Shown here: positions 1 through 29,300 of the stretch, piece by piece
How the letters are laid out: every line of letters begins with the position of its first letter
Numbering within the stretch: position 1 is the first letter of the stretch
Assembly (NCBI GenBank): GCA_040954595.2
Contig: CM082592.2
Location: forward strand, 4,604,735-4,668,734
From: Balanoglossus misakiensis
Taxonomy: Eukaryota; Animalia; Hemichordata
Reading direction: 5' to 3'
Length of the DNA: 64,000 nucleotides
Notes under the pieces: generated by a model
Databases searched by the model: none
The model's input: the letters and a program-made list of their open reading frames with translations, nothing else
What the model was told of the DNA's origin: nothing
Position numbers and translations under genes: made by a program

Positions 1-16123
<16,123 letters not shown>

Positions 16124-16142
16124 CAAGAAGCAAGGGGTGCCT

Positions 16143-16316
16143 TGGACTCTCTCACAACCCCTCTCGCCGTCCGTGCAGGCTTATGGACTGATTGCATGTG
16201 TGCCCGGCGAGAGGTTCGCTACACAACACCATAAGGGGCTTCTCCTTTGCCAAACAGTTGAGGGCACATCAGTGAAGAGCCTTGTTGTAGCGAACTGTGG
16301 GCTGTGAGAGAGTCTA
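16143..16316. mobile_element. MITE family F (TAGACTCTCTCACAGCCC-type TIRs, probable 9-bp TSD)
   Basis: Flanks GGGGTGCCT / GAGGCGCCT; homologous copies at 61374-61513 and 62187-62340. Confidence 0.75.
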
Positions 16317-16426
16317 GAGGCGCCTGTGATATTTTTGTAGCCATCTTGTACTTTTAGTGGTCCGGTAGCCAATGAACAGCTCTATCTGGGGATTTGATTT
16401 TCAATATGGCATATGAGGTATGCTCG

Positions 16427-16517
16427 TAACCCTTTCACCCCCAGTTACCTGTATAGAGGTCCAACTTTACCACAGAAAACAGTGGGTTTGGACCAAACCA
16501 TGTAGTGAAAGGGTGAA
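16427..16517. mobile_element. MITE family A (CPD 3' flank/UTR)
   Basis: TAACCCTTTCACCCCCAG...GTGAAAGGGTGAA. Confidence 0.75.
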
Positions 16518-16780
16518 GATGCATTATTATTGTATTATGTTTAAGTAGTGGTAGTCGAAGGCCACAGTTCTTAATTTTACCTCATATAAAAATTGTGTAT
16601 ATAGTATTTGAATATTCATAGCATGTATATGTTGGCATACATTATTCAAATTCAGATTTCCATGATTTTTTTCCTGTTAATTTTCATTTTAATATGTAGA
16701 GACATATTGTTATACAAAAAGAGGAAACAGCTTGGACTAGATTTTGGTTAGTAGTTATTCAGTTGAGCGTGCTGGCTGCT

Positions 16781-16958
16781 TTAAAGGTATACGCCTCCAA
16801 TTTACCTACGCCCACATATGGCTGAAATGGCGTATTTGAGCAAATGGTGACGCTCTTTTTTTTTTCGTGTGCCACCCACTGAAAATCTGTGATTGGCCAG
16901 ATCTCAATTTGCCATGGTAACGATAGCTATTTTTCCATAGGTGACCACATACCTTTAA
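16781..16958. mobile_element. MITE family B (TTAA|AGGTATAC ends, Kolobok-like)
   Basis: TTAAAGGTATAC...CATACCTTTAA; homologous to 50713-50899 and 53379-53571. Confidence 0.8.
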
Positions 16959-17932
16959 CTCAAAGGAAAGGGGGAGGTGAATTCTGTTTACAAAACTACG
17001 ATATCGACTCCTAGTTAGTATTGTTATTGGGGATATACCCGGTATATAAATTTGGTGACAAGTAACCAAAGACGGGTTTTAGGTGGGTGTTGTCTTTGGT
17101 TGAGAAACCAATGGAAAAAGAATCACCCTTGGAATTCACCAAAGAGTCCCAAGCTCTACTTTTGAGTCTTTGCAAACACATATGGTGGTTTGGAAAGTTC
17201 GAGAAAAAAAAAACTTATTTTAACTTTCACATGTTAAATTCGTGCAATGTTTTGTAAATAACAACTCTAGGTCTAAACTTGTTTATGACAGTATTGCTTT
17301 TATCAGACTCAGTATAAAAACATATCTATTTTCTGGATCTTTTGCATGTCAACTCATTTCTATCCAGTGTTTCACGAAATATTTTTTGTGCATTATTTTC
17401 CAAGCAGATACGAATTTCCAATCAAATAGTCCAAATTGAATTTACTTTTAGAGAGTATTTGACCAGGACAGCATTTATTTCCTGATGTTTACATGTAATA
17501 TCAATGTGTATGAGTGGAGAAATGGACAGCCACCGAGGGTATTATTCTGTTACATGAGTCCCCTCTCAATTGAAACAAACTTTTGAACCCTCAATAAACG
17601 CACATTGTTCTTTTATGTCTAGGTTTCTTTTTTTTAAATATAATTTCTTTAGTACTGTTGATCACTATTTATAAAATGATATCTTCATTTCTGTAAACTA
17701 TTAGCACAAGATAAATCTATGGTTGCTTCTGAGGCCCATGTACACATGGATATGTTATAAATTTGTAACGCATATACACATACTGGTACCTGAGAATATG
17801 TCTGGCTATTTGTATAATAATATAGTTATACACATGTGCACTTACCACTGAAATGTGTCTTCCTTACAACTTCTCGCTTTTGGAACTAATCTCCAAATGT
17901 ACATCCCTTAACATTGACCTACCTTGGGGTAT

Positions 17933-18026
17933 TTAACCCTTTCACCCCCAATTTCCTTCTATAGAGGTCCGACTTTATCATAGACCACAATGGATCTGGA
18001 CCAAACCATGGTGGTGAAAGGGTTAA
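17933..18026. mobile_element. MITE family A
   Basis: TTAACCCTTTCACCCCC...CCATGGTGGTGAAAGGGTTAA. Confidence 0.8.
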
Positions 18027-18561
18027 GCCAACAGTTTTCCTGGTTTCACTTGATGTAGATACTAGTATAGCTAAGTGCTCTGGTCAGTGTAAGATGCCAG
18101 ACGGCTGATGCAGACGGTTGTGCCTTTCAACACTGGCTGACTGCACAAGTGATGCAGACAGCCTCCCTTTGTTAGCCTGGTGCTAGGTTTGTCATAGTGA
18201 AGTCATGTGTAGCAAGAGCAGGCTAATTTCCACCGACCAGTCAAGAGCATTTGCTTTAGTATCATGCACTGTAAAATATCTTCTGCACTTGGTGAATTTA
18301 GGACAAATACGAACACCTGTTTATAGAAAGCACTGATGTAGCCTGATTGGGGTGTGTGTTCTTTGAGGGAAGTGGATAGCAGACAGAAAATGGTGAACTG
18401 GACAATCACACGCACTGCCCATCTTCTGAGAGGATACACCTGAAGACATCACGATGGAGTTCATAACTTTGTGTAATAAAGTACAAAGGAAAGACACAAC
18501 AACTGACTTGACCACCAGCTCTTCATTTAAGGGGGAAAAATCTTGAACTTTGACTTTTATA

Positions 18562-18641
18562 TAACCCTTTCAACCCCAGTTCCGTCTTTAGAGGTCCAAC
18601 TTTACCATAGAAATCAATTGCTTTGGACGTGAAAGGGTTAA
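18562..18641. mobile_element. MITE family A (internally deleted)
   Basis: TAACCCTTTCAACCCCAG...GTGAAAGGGTTAA. Confidence 0.7.
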
Positions 18642-18900
18642 ACTAGTATTAATCATGGGCAGAGGCTGATCAATTTTTAGTTGTTAAACGATGAGGATTC
18701 TTTACCTTGCCTTACGCATCACACTCCCCCAGCATAATGCTTCATACTTTTATGAATAATAGTTCTTGCATCTTACACGGAAAAAAAACTGCTCAGATTA
18801 TCATGATTAATTTTTTGTATTCAGTCTACCACTTATGTCATTTGAATAAAACAAAAGTATACAATTATCAGGACCTGTGTGTGTTAACTTTATGATCCAT

Positions 18901-19394
18901 AGTTGGGTGACGTCACGAAAATTCCCAACGCTTGGTGGCGACATTTACAATTCCAGAACAGACCTTAATCTGCCTGCCAGGTGCGAATCTGTCTGGCAAT
19001 GTGCGCGTTTTCAATATATATTTAAATTTTGTGAACAGGCGTGTTGTGGTGTCTGGGTTTCGCACCGGCTAGGCTAATTGATTATAAATTTCGAACCGAC
19101 AATTCTGATTGGTCAGTTACTATGCGCATAACCGAAATAGGTAGACAGCACTGGTGATTGGTCAATTTGGCTCTACACTCTTGGAACAGGTGTGCAACGT
19201 AGACGCTCCAGTTTACGTTGACCCGGGCGTTGGCCTACTTCAACACGCCTGTTCACAAAATTTAAATAATGTATTGAAAACGCCCGTACATTGCCAGACA
19301 GTTTCGCACCTGGTCTGCAAAGAGATTGAAGTCTGTTCGGGAACTGTAAATGTCGCCACCAAGCGTTTGAAATTTTCGTGACGTCAACCAACTT
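18901..19394. mobile_element. ~490 bp fold-back element with ~150 bp inverted arms
   Basis: AGTTGGGTGACGTCACGAAAATT...GAACAGGCGTGTTG (18901-19047) mirrors CAACACGCCTGTTC...AATTTTCGTGACGTCAACCAACT (19241-19394). Confidence 0.8.
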
Positions 19395-20024
19395 TTTGAA
19401 CTAAAGGCTGCAGATATTTGAGTAGTTTCCTCAATAAATCTAATGTTATATGTGGACGATTTATGTTCATTTTTTAAAACTTTATAAAATTCAGTTTGTT
19501 TGATGTTTTTCCTGGTGAATAAAATGACTCAAGACTGCCACACACAAGAAAACAGCAGTGCAATATTTATCAATTGGTGAACTAATTAATTGAACACGAC
19601 TGTTCACAACAAATTCAGTGCGCGGAGGGGAACATGAGCGTCTTGAGTAAGTCGGCAACCTGGTTTGCAGAGAATGCTTTTGACTGGCAAATAAAAAAAT
19701 GCATTGAAAACGTGCCGTTTTCCATTCAAACCGCATACACCTGTGCAATGAATTACGGAGGCGGACCGACTGACGTGTTTCCTAATAACACACTAACTAC
19801 GAAGCCACATGGTTAGTTTAGTCTCTTAATTTCCCCTGGGAATTGAGTGACAGCGTTCGTTCCTTTAATCTGTTTGAAAAGCGTGTTTGGGCAAATGTAA
19901 GACTAGGTCCGAATTTGCACACAGGATACCACCATTCTCCCTCAATACACGACCGGTTCACCCGCAGAGGAAAATATCACTGTTTATTCTGCCGGATTGT
20001 GTGTTTCGCCAATCATTTCAAGCG

Positions 20025-20037
20025 GTTGCCAGGCAAC
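20025..20037. promoter_or_regulatory. RFX X-box motif upstream of the EF-hand gene's first exon
   Basis: GTTGCCAGGCAAC is a near-palindromic match to the X-box consensus, ~285 bp upstream of ATG 20322. Confidence 0.55.
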
Positions 20038-20321
20038 AGGTTGCGTAGTGATGATGCGGATTAAACACTCACTTCAATGCCGTAGTCAGTTTTGCGGTTG
20101 TTATAACGTAATCGCCAATACCCTGCATAATTGTGGGTGTTTGTTTGACTAAATATTTGACATTTTTAAAGAAGTTTTTGCCAATCAAGTCCCATTTGCC
20201 TAATGTGAACATAACGATGCGAGTTTGACAAGTTACAAACACAGTTTCTGATATAAGCGGCCGACTGAACAGGCATTGCTTCCCCATACTGATAATATTC
20301 CAGAGTATAGCACCACTCAAC

Positions 20322-23300
20322 ATGTCGTGTCTCAACACCGAAGAAGTGGAAACTGAAACGACCATACACACCGAAGAATCCGCAGTCGTTTCTTTGGATC
20401 CACACTACGTCTTCGGACCTTTTCCATACCGAGGGAAAGAGTGGATCAGCAGAGATGGTTTCCACAAGGTGAGAGAGAGGGGAAGAGAGAGAGAAGGGGG
20501 AGGGAGAGAGAGAGGGAGGGAGGGAGGGAGAGAGAGAGATTTTTTAAAATCTAGCCGTACTGTAAAAAGTGATGATCCGAGCGGCAAAAATGTTATACAT
20601 GTACAATATGAATATCTCTTGAAATGTTGTCAAGCTTCATTTTGGTCTTTATAGATCAAATATTTCCGCTTTGTGAAATTGGCTTTCCGTCAACTTCTAG
20701 AATATCTACAATAATAGGACCGAGATCGATGATTTCAAAACGCATCTTCTTAAGACGTTTTTGTGGAGGATACTCAAATGTTTACGTCTCTTTGGTTGAG
20801 AACCAGGTGTTTGAGTGATGTTTTCTCATGCTGTAACAATTTACCTCACCGTCGACCTGATATAAGGCTGCGTATGTAGGAGTATTACAAGGTTATTTTC
20901 GATTAATCTATTATATATAATTTGCAAATTTGTACGAAAGGCGAATGCAATTTGAAGCGCATCTCTTGTCACACGTTAATTGCCCGTCCTCCAAATCGAG
21001 CAAAAATGTTTGGTAATACACACGTACGCTTTATTATTTCTAGCAATAGATTTGCAGACAACATATATGTCTTTTCTCAATGGCGACACTTGTATAAACA
21101 GACTCAATGTATGTCTATGATTTCTTTTTGGGAAAATGGAATTAGCTTTTTTTGTCTGGAATCATTGCGGCCTTCAAAGTGAGCCATCACCGGTGACTAT
21201 GGACTGTTTTTCGGGTCCGGCGTTTTCCTTGCCACAGATAAAGAGAAAAATGTCTGTGTCGGTGGATTTTCACTGAGATTTACGAGCAGTCGGTGAAAAT
21301 GAGAAAAAAAGTATGTGTTTTGTTTTGACCTTGGACAGGTGTGCCAAGGTGATTCATGTAATTACTAGGAAAACTGATCATCCATTTGTATACCACATTG
21401 AATTCCACAGCGTTGACAATATAGAGACCGACGCCTGAAAACCAATTAAGGCCTAAACCGCGGAGAAAGGCGAGAAAATAGGATTGAAAAGGAGAGGGAG
21501 AGATAATAAACAGAGAAAGTCGATAATGATGTTAGATATGATGCTGACAAATAGGAAAAGTGTGTTCTTTTCATCAAAATCATGTCTGGCTATTGTTATA
21601 AGTCTCGCTGTTGTCTACACACATTCTCAGAAAACAGGTGGTTGCTGGTAGTGGACGGACAGTAAAGCATCAAACCAAAGATTTGTCGAATGTAATGATG
21701 TCGGATTTGTAGCCTGGCCTTGGTCATGCACTTCTTAAGCCCCCCCCCCCCCCCCCTCCGTCCTAGCATGGTTACGTCCATGGTCCTAGTAGCATGGTAT
21801 CGTCCCTTTTGCCGGGACGACGAAACACTGAGGCTATACGTGGGCGGATTCGATAACACATGTGTGTTCTGTATGTGTATTGGTAATTAAACGGGGCTAC
21901 AGGTGTTTGAACTCTATACACGCAAATCGACTACTGCGTGATTTGATACAGGACGCCAACACCTTTCTATGGCCGATACTTGTGGATATTTGTGAAGTTG
22001 TCGAGCGTTGCCGGTTTCCCATGATATAACCAGCATATACGCAAGGCAAGGTAGTTGACTATTTGGTCTTCGGGTGTACATGTACAATTAACTGAGATAC
22101 AGTAACATCATACAGGCATGTGTGTCATAGTGTATCCATGGAGATAATCCAGATTTGCCAATATATGATACAAGTGAGGATTTGTCTGTACCGAGCAATG
22201 AGAGAATTTCTGCACCTTTCAGCTTGCCAATAAACACTGGGTGGATTAGGCCAACAGGCTTGCTATTATAACGGACGCATTATAACGGACTTGTGTAATC
22301 CTTTGCCGCGATGGATTGGACAGATACCAGGTGAACGTATCAGTTACAAAACAGAGTAGTGGCGGGGTAGATTTTTTCCCATCGATATTGACTACGGAAT
22401 ATCAACATGTCTATTTACGCCGCAAAGGTGTGGTCGCCGTCTTTCGCCGGGTCGACTTCCGTCACTTTCGTGGCGGCCAGGCCGGCGTCCAGCGGAGCTG
22501 ACTGCGGCATGATCTACCGTCCGTTTCCGCGCAGGGCTCCGCGTCCCAACACTGCGCCGTCGTGCTGCTACGGCCACCCACCCGGCGCACAACGCCCCGA
22601 GCCGCCGGTGTATCACAATTCAACGCCGCGAAGGCGGGCCAAGTCGGCCGTTGCGAGGACGACCGGTGGTGAGATCTCGCTCAACCTGCCGCTGGCCAAA
22701 ATGAAGTACAGAATAAAAAGCGCGCCGGTGACGAGTTACCGGAGTAGAGGTTTTGTCGGGCGGCGGAGGGACATGGCTGTACCACTGACGGAAACGTTAA
22801 TACGAGATCCCCGTCCCTACGTGGAATTTCTAGAAACCTATCATGTTTGTGGCGATGCACCTCCCAAAAGGATCACAAACAAAACCGTACGTATTTCATT
22901 TTATTTCTTCGAAACGGTCGGCGTCCCATTTTTCTCGATTGTTTCTTCTTTATACAATGCTACTGACTTATTTGCCGCAAGTTGGTATTTATTTTGCCCT
23001 TCCGAATTCTTGCGTTACGCTTTTGGGTGGTCATGACACAAGCCATAGTTTTACACAGGATTGATTTGCATACAATCAACAGAGATCGCTGCCATCAATA
23101 TACCTATGCTGAAAGTGTCTTCATATACTAGTAATCCCCACTTAAACCCAGACTTGGATTGACCCTATATACATATATATCGGAATGACAGAAACAGTGC
23201 AACAAGATATCACATCACATCACGTAGACTGGCTTTATATCATGGGCGCAAAACACGTATGCGTGTCACCCAGGTGGTTCGTCCCAGGTGCAACAAAAAC

Positions 23301-26300
23301 GTAGATCCCCGCAGTCTGGTATTTGCTCATTCCTGTAATTCCAAGTGACTTTTATTTGTACATGCACCATTCTTGCTCAATAATAAATACACGTTTTCGT
23401 CAGCTTACACGCACTTACCGACGTCGTATTGTCAAAATGGTTGGACAGTTACAGGCCCACGCAACAATATCTGAGTATACATGATGTACGTATGAGCAAC
23501 ATATAATTGAATAGATTATATGGCGTCTAGATCGCAACGTTAAAGGAAAACAAAATTAATTAAGGACACAAGAAACATACTGCGATTCGAGGCACAGGTC
23601 GGAGATATAAATAGACGTTATTTCAAACAGTTGAACCAAAACTGTATGCATGTAATTATCACAATTGCTAGCGGCATTCCATATGTATAGGAACAACACT
23701 ATTCAAGAAAGAATGGACGAATTTCTATATAAAATATTTATTGTACAGTATATAATTCTATGTTGTCACGAAACACCCAACACTATCACTTCATGATCAA
23801 ACTGAAAGATTTACCCATTTATCTCTCACTATTGGCCCGAGTCAAATTCACCAAGCAGAAATATAGGTTATGTGAAAGACGTAATCATTTCTTAGATATT
23901 CCAAATATTTATCAATCCAGTCGCATTTGTTGTTTGCTCGTCAAAAGTCAATGTTACACAATCATATAGATTTCGCCAATGCATTCTATTAGTGTTTTGG
24001 GGGTGACAAAAGAGCTGGCCATAATTGCCGAGAACGATGAACAAATTCCTGGACCAGAGAAATGGAGCTCATTATTGAAATTACACTTTCTTGTGCAAAA
24101 TTTGAGGTAAAACTTCTTAGCACCAGCTTTGTATTGTGCTTTTCATTTTTTCGGGACGATACACGTGAATGAATTTTTTTGAGCAAACTATATTTCCGTC
24201 TGGTGCTTTCATTCCAGGGCAGGGAAAAGATAACCTTCACTGACTCTCACAAAACGCAGCCGACAAAGGCATTGGCAGTAACTGTTAGAGGGCGCTGTCA
24301 TAAAAAAGATCAGATTTGATTGTCGTGATAACAATCGATTGGTTTGGCACCATATCATTAGACATAGTTTACAGCAACTTGACATTGTCAAGGTCGGGTG
24401 ATAACCTTAGCGGTCGTACATGGTCATGGCCTGACTTGTGTAAACAAATCACGCACTTCAGTCGACTGTGAAGGTAATTTTAATTCTCAAGGGCACGCCT
24501 ACCATAGAAATGAAAGGGTTGTCACTCTACATGAGTTTTGCTGGCTCATCATCGTTTCCAGAATGTTGTCATGACAGCCTCTACAAAAACGGCCTTAAAT
24601 GGTAGACCAGGTGATTTAAGAGGTATAATTCAAAATTGACAACAATTAACCTATGTTAACAAGGGCAGCATTTCTTTTTCACCTAGGCCTAATTAACTCA
24701 TGTTTACATCTTGCATGTCAGCAATGGTTAATACATGTAGGCCTAAGCTAAAGTTACTTCCAAATAATTGCTGAATATATACTTCTTTAAAAACCAGTAT
24801 CTTTAGAATTGATGGTCCTATTTCCATCAAATCGTTTTCCATCAGTTTTTTATTATTATTAAATCTTTATTTCAGAATATAGAAAAAATCCCATAGATTA
24901 GACAGATATATAAAAAAGAAAACACCACATAAAAAATAATACTAAAAAAAGGTCCTATCAAGATATGCTGTGAAACACATGCTCAATTTTTACCTGAAAA
25001 CCCTATGTGTGATTCTCAACGGCGTTTTGCACGCTTCAACAAACGTTCTTCGACTGTTTTTTATTCCTTCTTTCTATTACATCACTTTAACACGACTTCA
25101 ATAAAAAACACCGCCTTGCTTAATTTACTAATAACAACAATAAGACAACACGTTCCGCCTCCCAGCCGTATCGATCCCGCCCATAGCAACCAGACATTGC
25201 AATAGCTTGTTTGCTGGGGGCATTCATCACTATGCGGCTCATTAAAATATTTAAATGAGCCACGTGACCGACGAAACTGGTTGAGTGTGTGGACGAGTCT
25301 ATGCAGCACGAGAGGTTTGTTTATCGGAAAATAACGCATCTTTACATTGGATCAACTCAAGTATGTAGCGATCGCAGGACATATGTCGGAAGCATGAAAA
25401 CTCACCTTCATTTGGGTGCCACGGTTTTGACCAGGAGCTGTCGAAGTCTTTCGCTATAAGGTATGTTTATCACAGTTTGTGTTAACGAGCCGTTTATGTG
25501 TGGGTTATATAGGAAGTCGCCATGATTACACGCAATTTTCGGAGATTCCGGTTGGAATTTAACCGGTAAAAGTTCATTTCTGTGTATGGACAGTCGTATG
25601 ACAGATACAGACACTGAATTTCACTAACGGACTGGGGGTACTAGGCATTCACTGGGCGATTTGGCATTTCCAACTCGTACACACAGTAAAGCACGGAACT
25701 GAGTTTGACCATGAATTTCAACCTGTCAGCTGCCTAGTCTGAGTATCCTCCTAATTCAGCGGGCGGGCCAGGTCTTGAGTCCATGACCCATTTAAAGTTT
25801 TATGGAGGTTTACCTACTTTAGGAACACGTCAGTGTGTATAAAAAGCCCATTTTTCTTAATTCTCCACTGATAATATTGGTGAAAGATGAACAGATAAAA
25901 ATACTGGCATAGTAAACTATCAGATATGTTTCAACAGTTTCCATACATAGACTATTAATAGAGTGACAGATACAATGTATTGATCACAGAGGCATAAGAA
26001 TACTAAATTAAAAATTGTGTTTTTATAGATTACACCGTTATCGTCATGGGAACCACCCTACATTGAAAAGATATATATCTGTGACAAAAAAAAAGATTTT
26101 TCTAAATAAAATATTTATGAAAATGTAAACTGACTAATAGAAAAGATATGTTTGAACCAATGAAAAACTCAAAATATTGAACATAATAGTACAGCAGTAA
26201 CAATACACATAATCAGTAAAGTGTATATCCTATGATCCTATGAGGTTAGGACAGTTGTTACAAAAACCAGGGCGTAACCAGATCACGCTCTGTTGGGTGT

Positions 26301-29300
26301 CAATGGCTTTTGTATTCGACAAAGAGTTAATTTCGACAAAACAACTTCAACAGTTTGAAATTGAGTTATCGTGACTGTTTGAACTAACTTTAATATAACC
26401 ATTGCACAATAATATTCCCAGGTGTTGACGCCATAAACAGGTGTTTGTCCTGTTTTCTACACATCGAGAATGGCTATCTGAGTAACGTTGCCCCTTCTTT
26501 GTGTTCACTGGTACGTTCATAAGACCCTCTATTAACATCAGTAACAAAGGTTCAGTTGTGGTAATTGTTTCGTTTTGGCAAAGGAGTTCCATTACAGCCG
26601 CGAGGTAGCAAAATAGGGCCCCGAATGAGTCAATGCAATATATTGTGCTTGATATAAACTGCTTAAATCACTCCTTTGTGTTTTTACTTTGTCAACAGGT
26701 GATATCGCTGGCGTTTCAAGAATGCTGGATCCCACTTTGCCGTGGTTGGCGGTCGGGTACCGCAAGTTCAAAAAGGACAATTTTTACCGGCGGCGCTACG
26801 ACAAGGACGATTTCAGTACTGATTTTGACGACGGCGGCGCGGCGGCGGACGGCCTGCGGGTTTCCACGCCCGCGTCGGACCAGCGACACCGCGTGCAGAG
26901 CGCCGCTGCGTACCGCCACACGTCGATGTACTCGGCCGATCGAAGTCGGCCGAAAAGCGCCCAGTCGCTGCAGAACTACCGCAGCGGCGAACGACGCCAC
27001 TCCCGACCGAAGAGCGCACAATCACAACGAAACACTGATGCCCGCCTCGTCGCCACGGGCGACGTCGAACAGCCGGCGGCCGACAGACCCCAACGCAGAC
27101 GGGTGAAGAGCGCCGGCCACCCGACGCGGCGGAACATCGTCGACCTCAAGAAGAGTTTCACCCTCGTGGAGAGGTTCTACCACGAGGAGAGACTGACGCA
27201 CCTGAACGAACACGAAGACCAGCAGAACGTTGACAAATGTCACTATTGCCCTGTTGACTGTCGCCCTCCGTCCAGCAGCACCAACAGACCCACCTCATCG
27301 ACCGGTCTCTTAGCCGCCCGACTGCCAACCCATTTTGATAGATTCATTTACTGGACTCGACCCCGAACAGCTCCAGGAACGGTAGGGCGAACGCACATGT
27401 CATTGCCTTCGTGTGAGAAACGCACCAAAAGAAAATTCAAACTTGGCATTTCTTTGATGCGTCGTTTAAAATTAAAGGCGCACATTCTTCATCAGCTTTA
27501 TCTAAACGCAAGCAGATTAAAGTGATAAAGATTTCAATGGAAAACAAAAAAACATTCAGTGTCAACAAGAACTAATACGAGAACCAGGGATTGAAAATTG
27601 CCCCTTTAACCCTTTCACCCCCAGTTCCCTCTTCAGAGGTCCAGCCTTACCGTAGAAAACTGTGGGTTTGGACTAAACCATGGTGGTGAAAGGGTTATTA
27701 AAAAAGCCTTTTACAACCATGCACATGCCTGGTTGGAAAACTCGACCAAGAAAGTTTGGGTTGAGTCTGTTTGGTTTTTGGCCTAGCCATGAACTCTGTA
27801 TGTTCTGGTGTTGAAAGGCTGTGCATTTGATGAATAAATGAAATGTACACGAATTTGACAATAGGACTACAAATTGTCCCCTTGAAAATTTCAAGTCACA
27901 ATTGTGTGATGTGGGGTCAGAAAGTGTCCGGGCCAAGTGCAAACACTTGCGCAGAAAGGACCGCAAATGACAACAACAGCCGGTCACTGTTGTCAAGGCT
28001 TGACTTTTATTTGTTACAGGTCATAGTATTGGGCGTTGCAGTACATGCTTACTCTGGCCTGACCAATGACCTCGGGTCTTACGTACAGAGCTGTAACGCT
28101 AAAGTGGCTGTTATATATCAAACCATCAAGTTTCCCAGTCACATGTTAGCATTGCACACTGGGCAGTGTGTGTACATACACTGCATGTACCAGTAATACA
28201 TGTAACACATTTACAGAGTCAAAGTGGATTTTAAGAGTCATTTAACTTCCACTGGCACCAGTGATGTTCCTGTTAATGCTATATATGAATATAAGAATGT
28301 TATTGCACAGTTATAAAAGACCAGCAATTATGTACGTAACTGTCCTGATCTTTACATTCTGAAACATGGCAAAAATGTATACACTTCGTCTGTAAAACCT
28401 AACAGTGACATACCAAGCCATTTGTTGGCATGGTTAAGTCATGTCTTTTTTTTCATTCTGTTTGATAGAATTTATTGGATCCTGAATACATGTGTGATAA
28501 ATTCCAACATTATTACCGTGCTGAAAATACACGTATCCCCTAAACATTCTTATCTTAAGTGGCTGTGGTGTGCCTGTATCACCAAGCTAACAATTGTGTT
28601 TGTGTTCTCTTCACAGAGGAGAGAGTTCCTGCAGCTACCAAGGCATAATTTTGTGAGTATTCTACTCATTTTGTCACCACTATAACCCTTTCACCCCCAG
28701 TTCCCTCTTTAGAGGTCCTACCTTCCATAGAAAACAATAGGTTTGGACTGAACCATGGTGGTGAAAGGATTAGTCCAGACTCCACCATTAGATATTTGAC
28801 TCTACTGTGTATAATGTACAGCCTTTGCCATTGTTTACATAAATTGAATGTTATGTACCTGTATGACAGTGAGGTGGTGAATGGGCTAACCCAGGCTGGC
28901 CATTGGTTAGCCTAGAGGTAGCCCAGCAGGAAAATGTGGTTCAGATCTGTACTGTAGTACTAGTAACTTTTCCCATGGTGACTATAGATGAATGCACACT
29001 CTAGCCTAGGGAAGGTTTCATACATTTAGTTTTTTAATAACTTTGAGGAATTGAAGGCAATTTTACGGTTCAAATGAATTCTAATTCATCAGCGTACTGT
29101 AGATGCATTCATGACTCGGTCATCAATTTCTTATTTCAAAGTAATAACCTATTCCCTGTACCTCTATACATGTATATATGCACAAACAGTCATTTCGCAT
29201 ACATGAAGCAGTCACGTTGTAAAAAAGCTATATGCAGGTTTTTTTACACCAAAATAAAGTTGATAAGTCTCTGTCTGGAATAAAATACATTAGCCTATTT

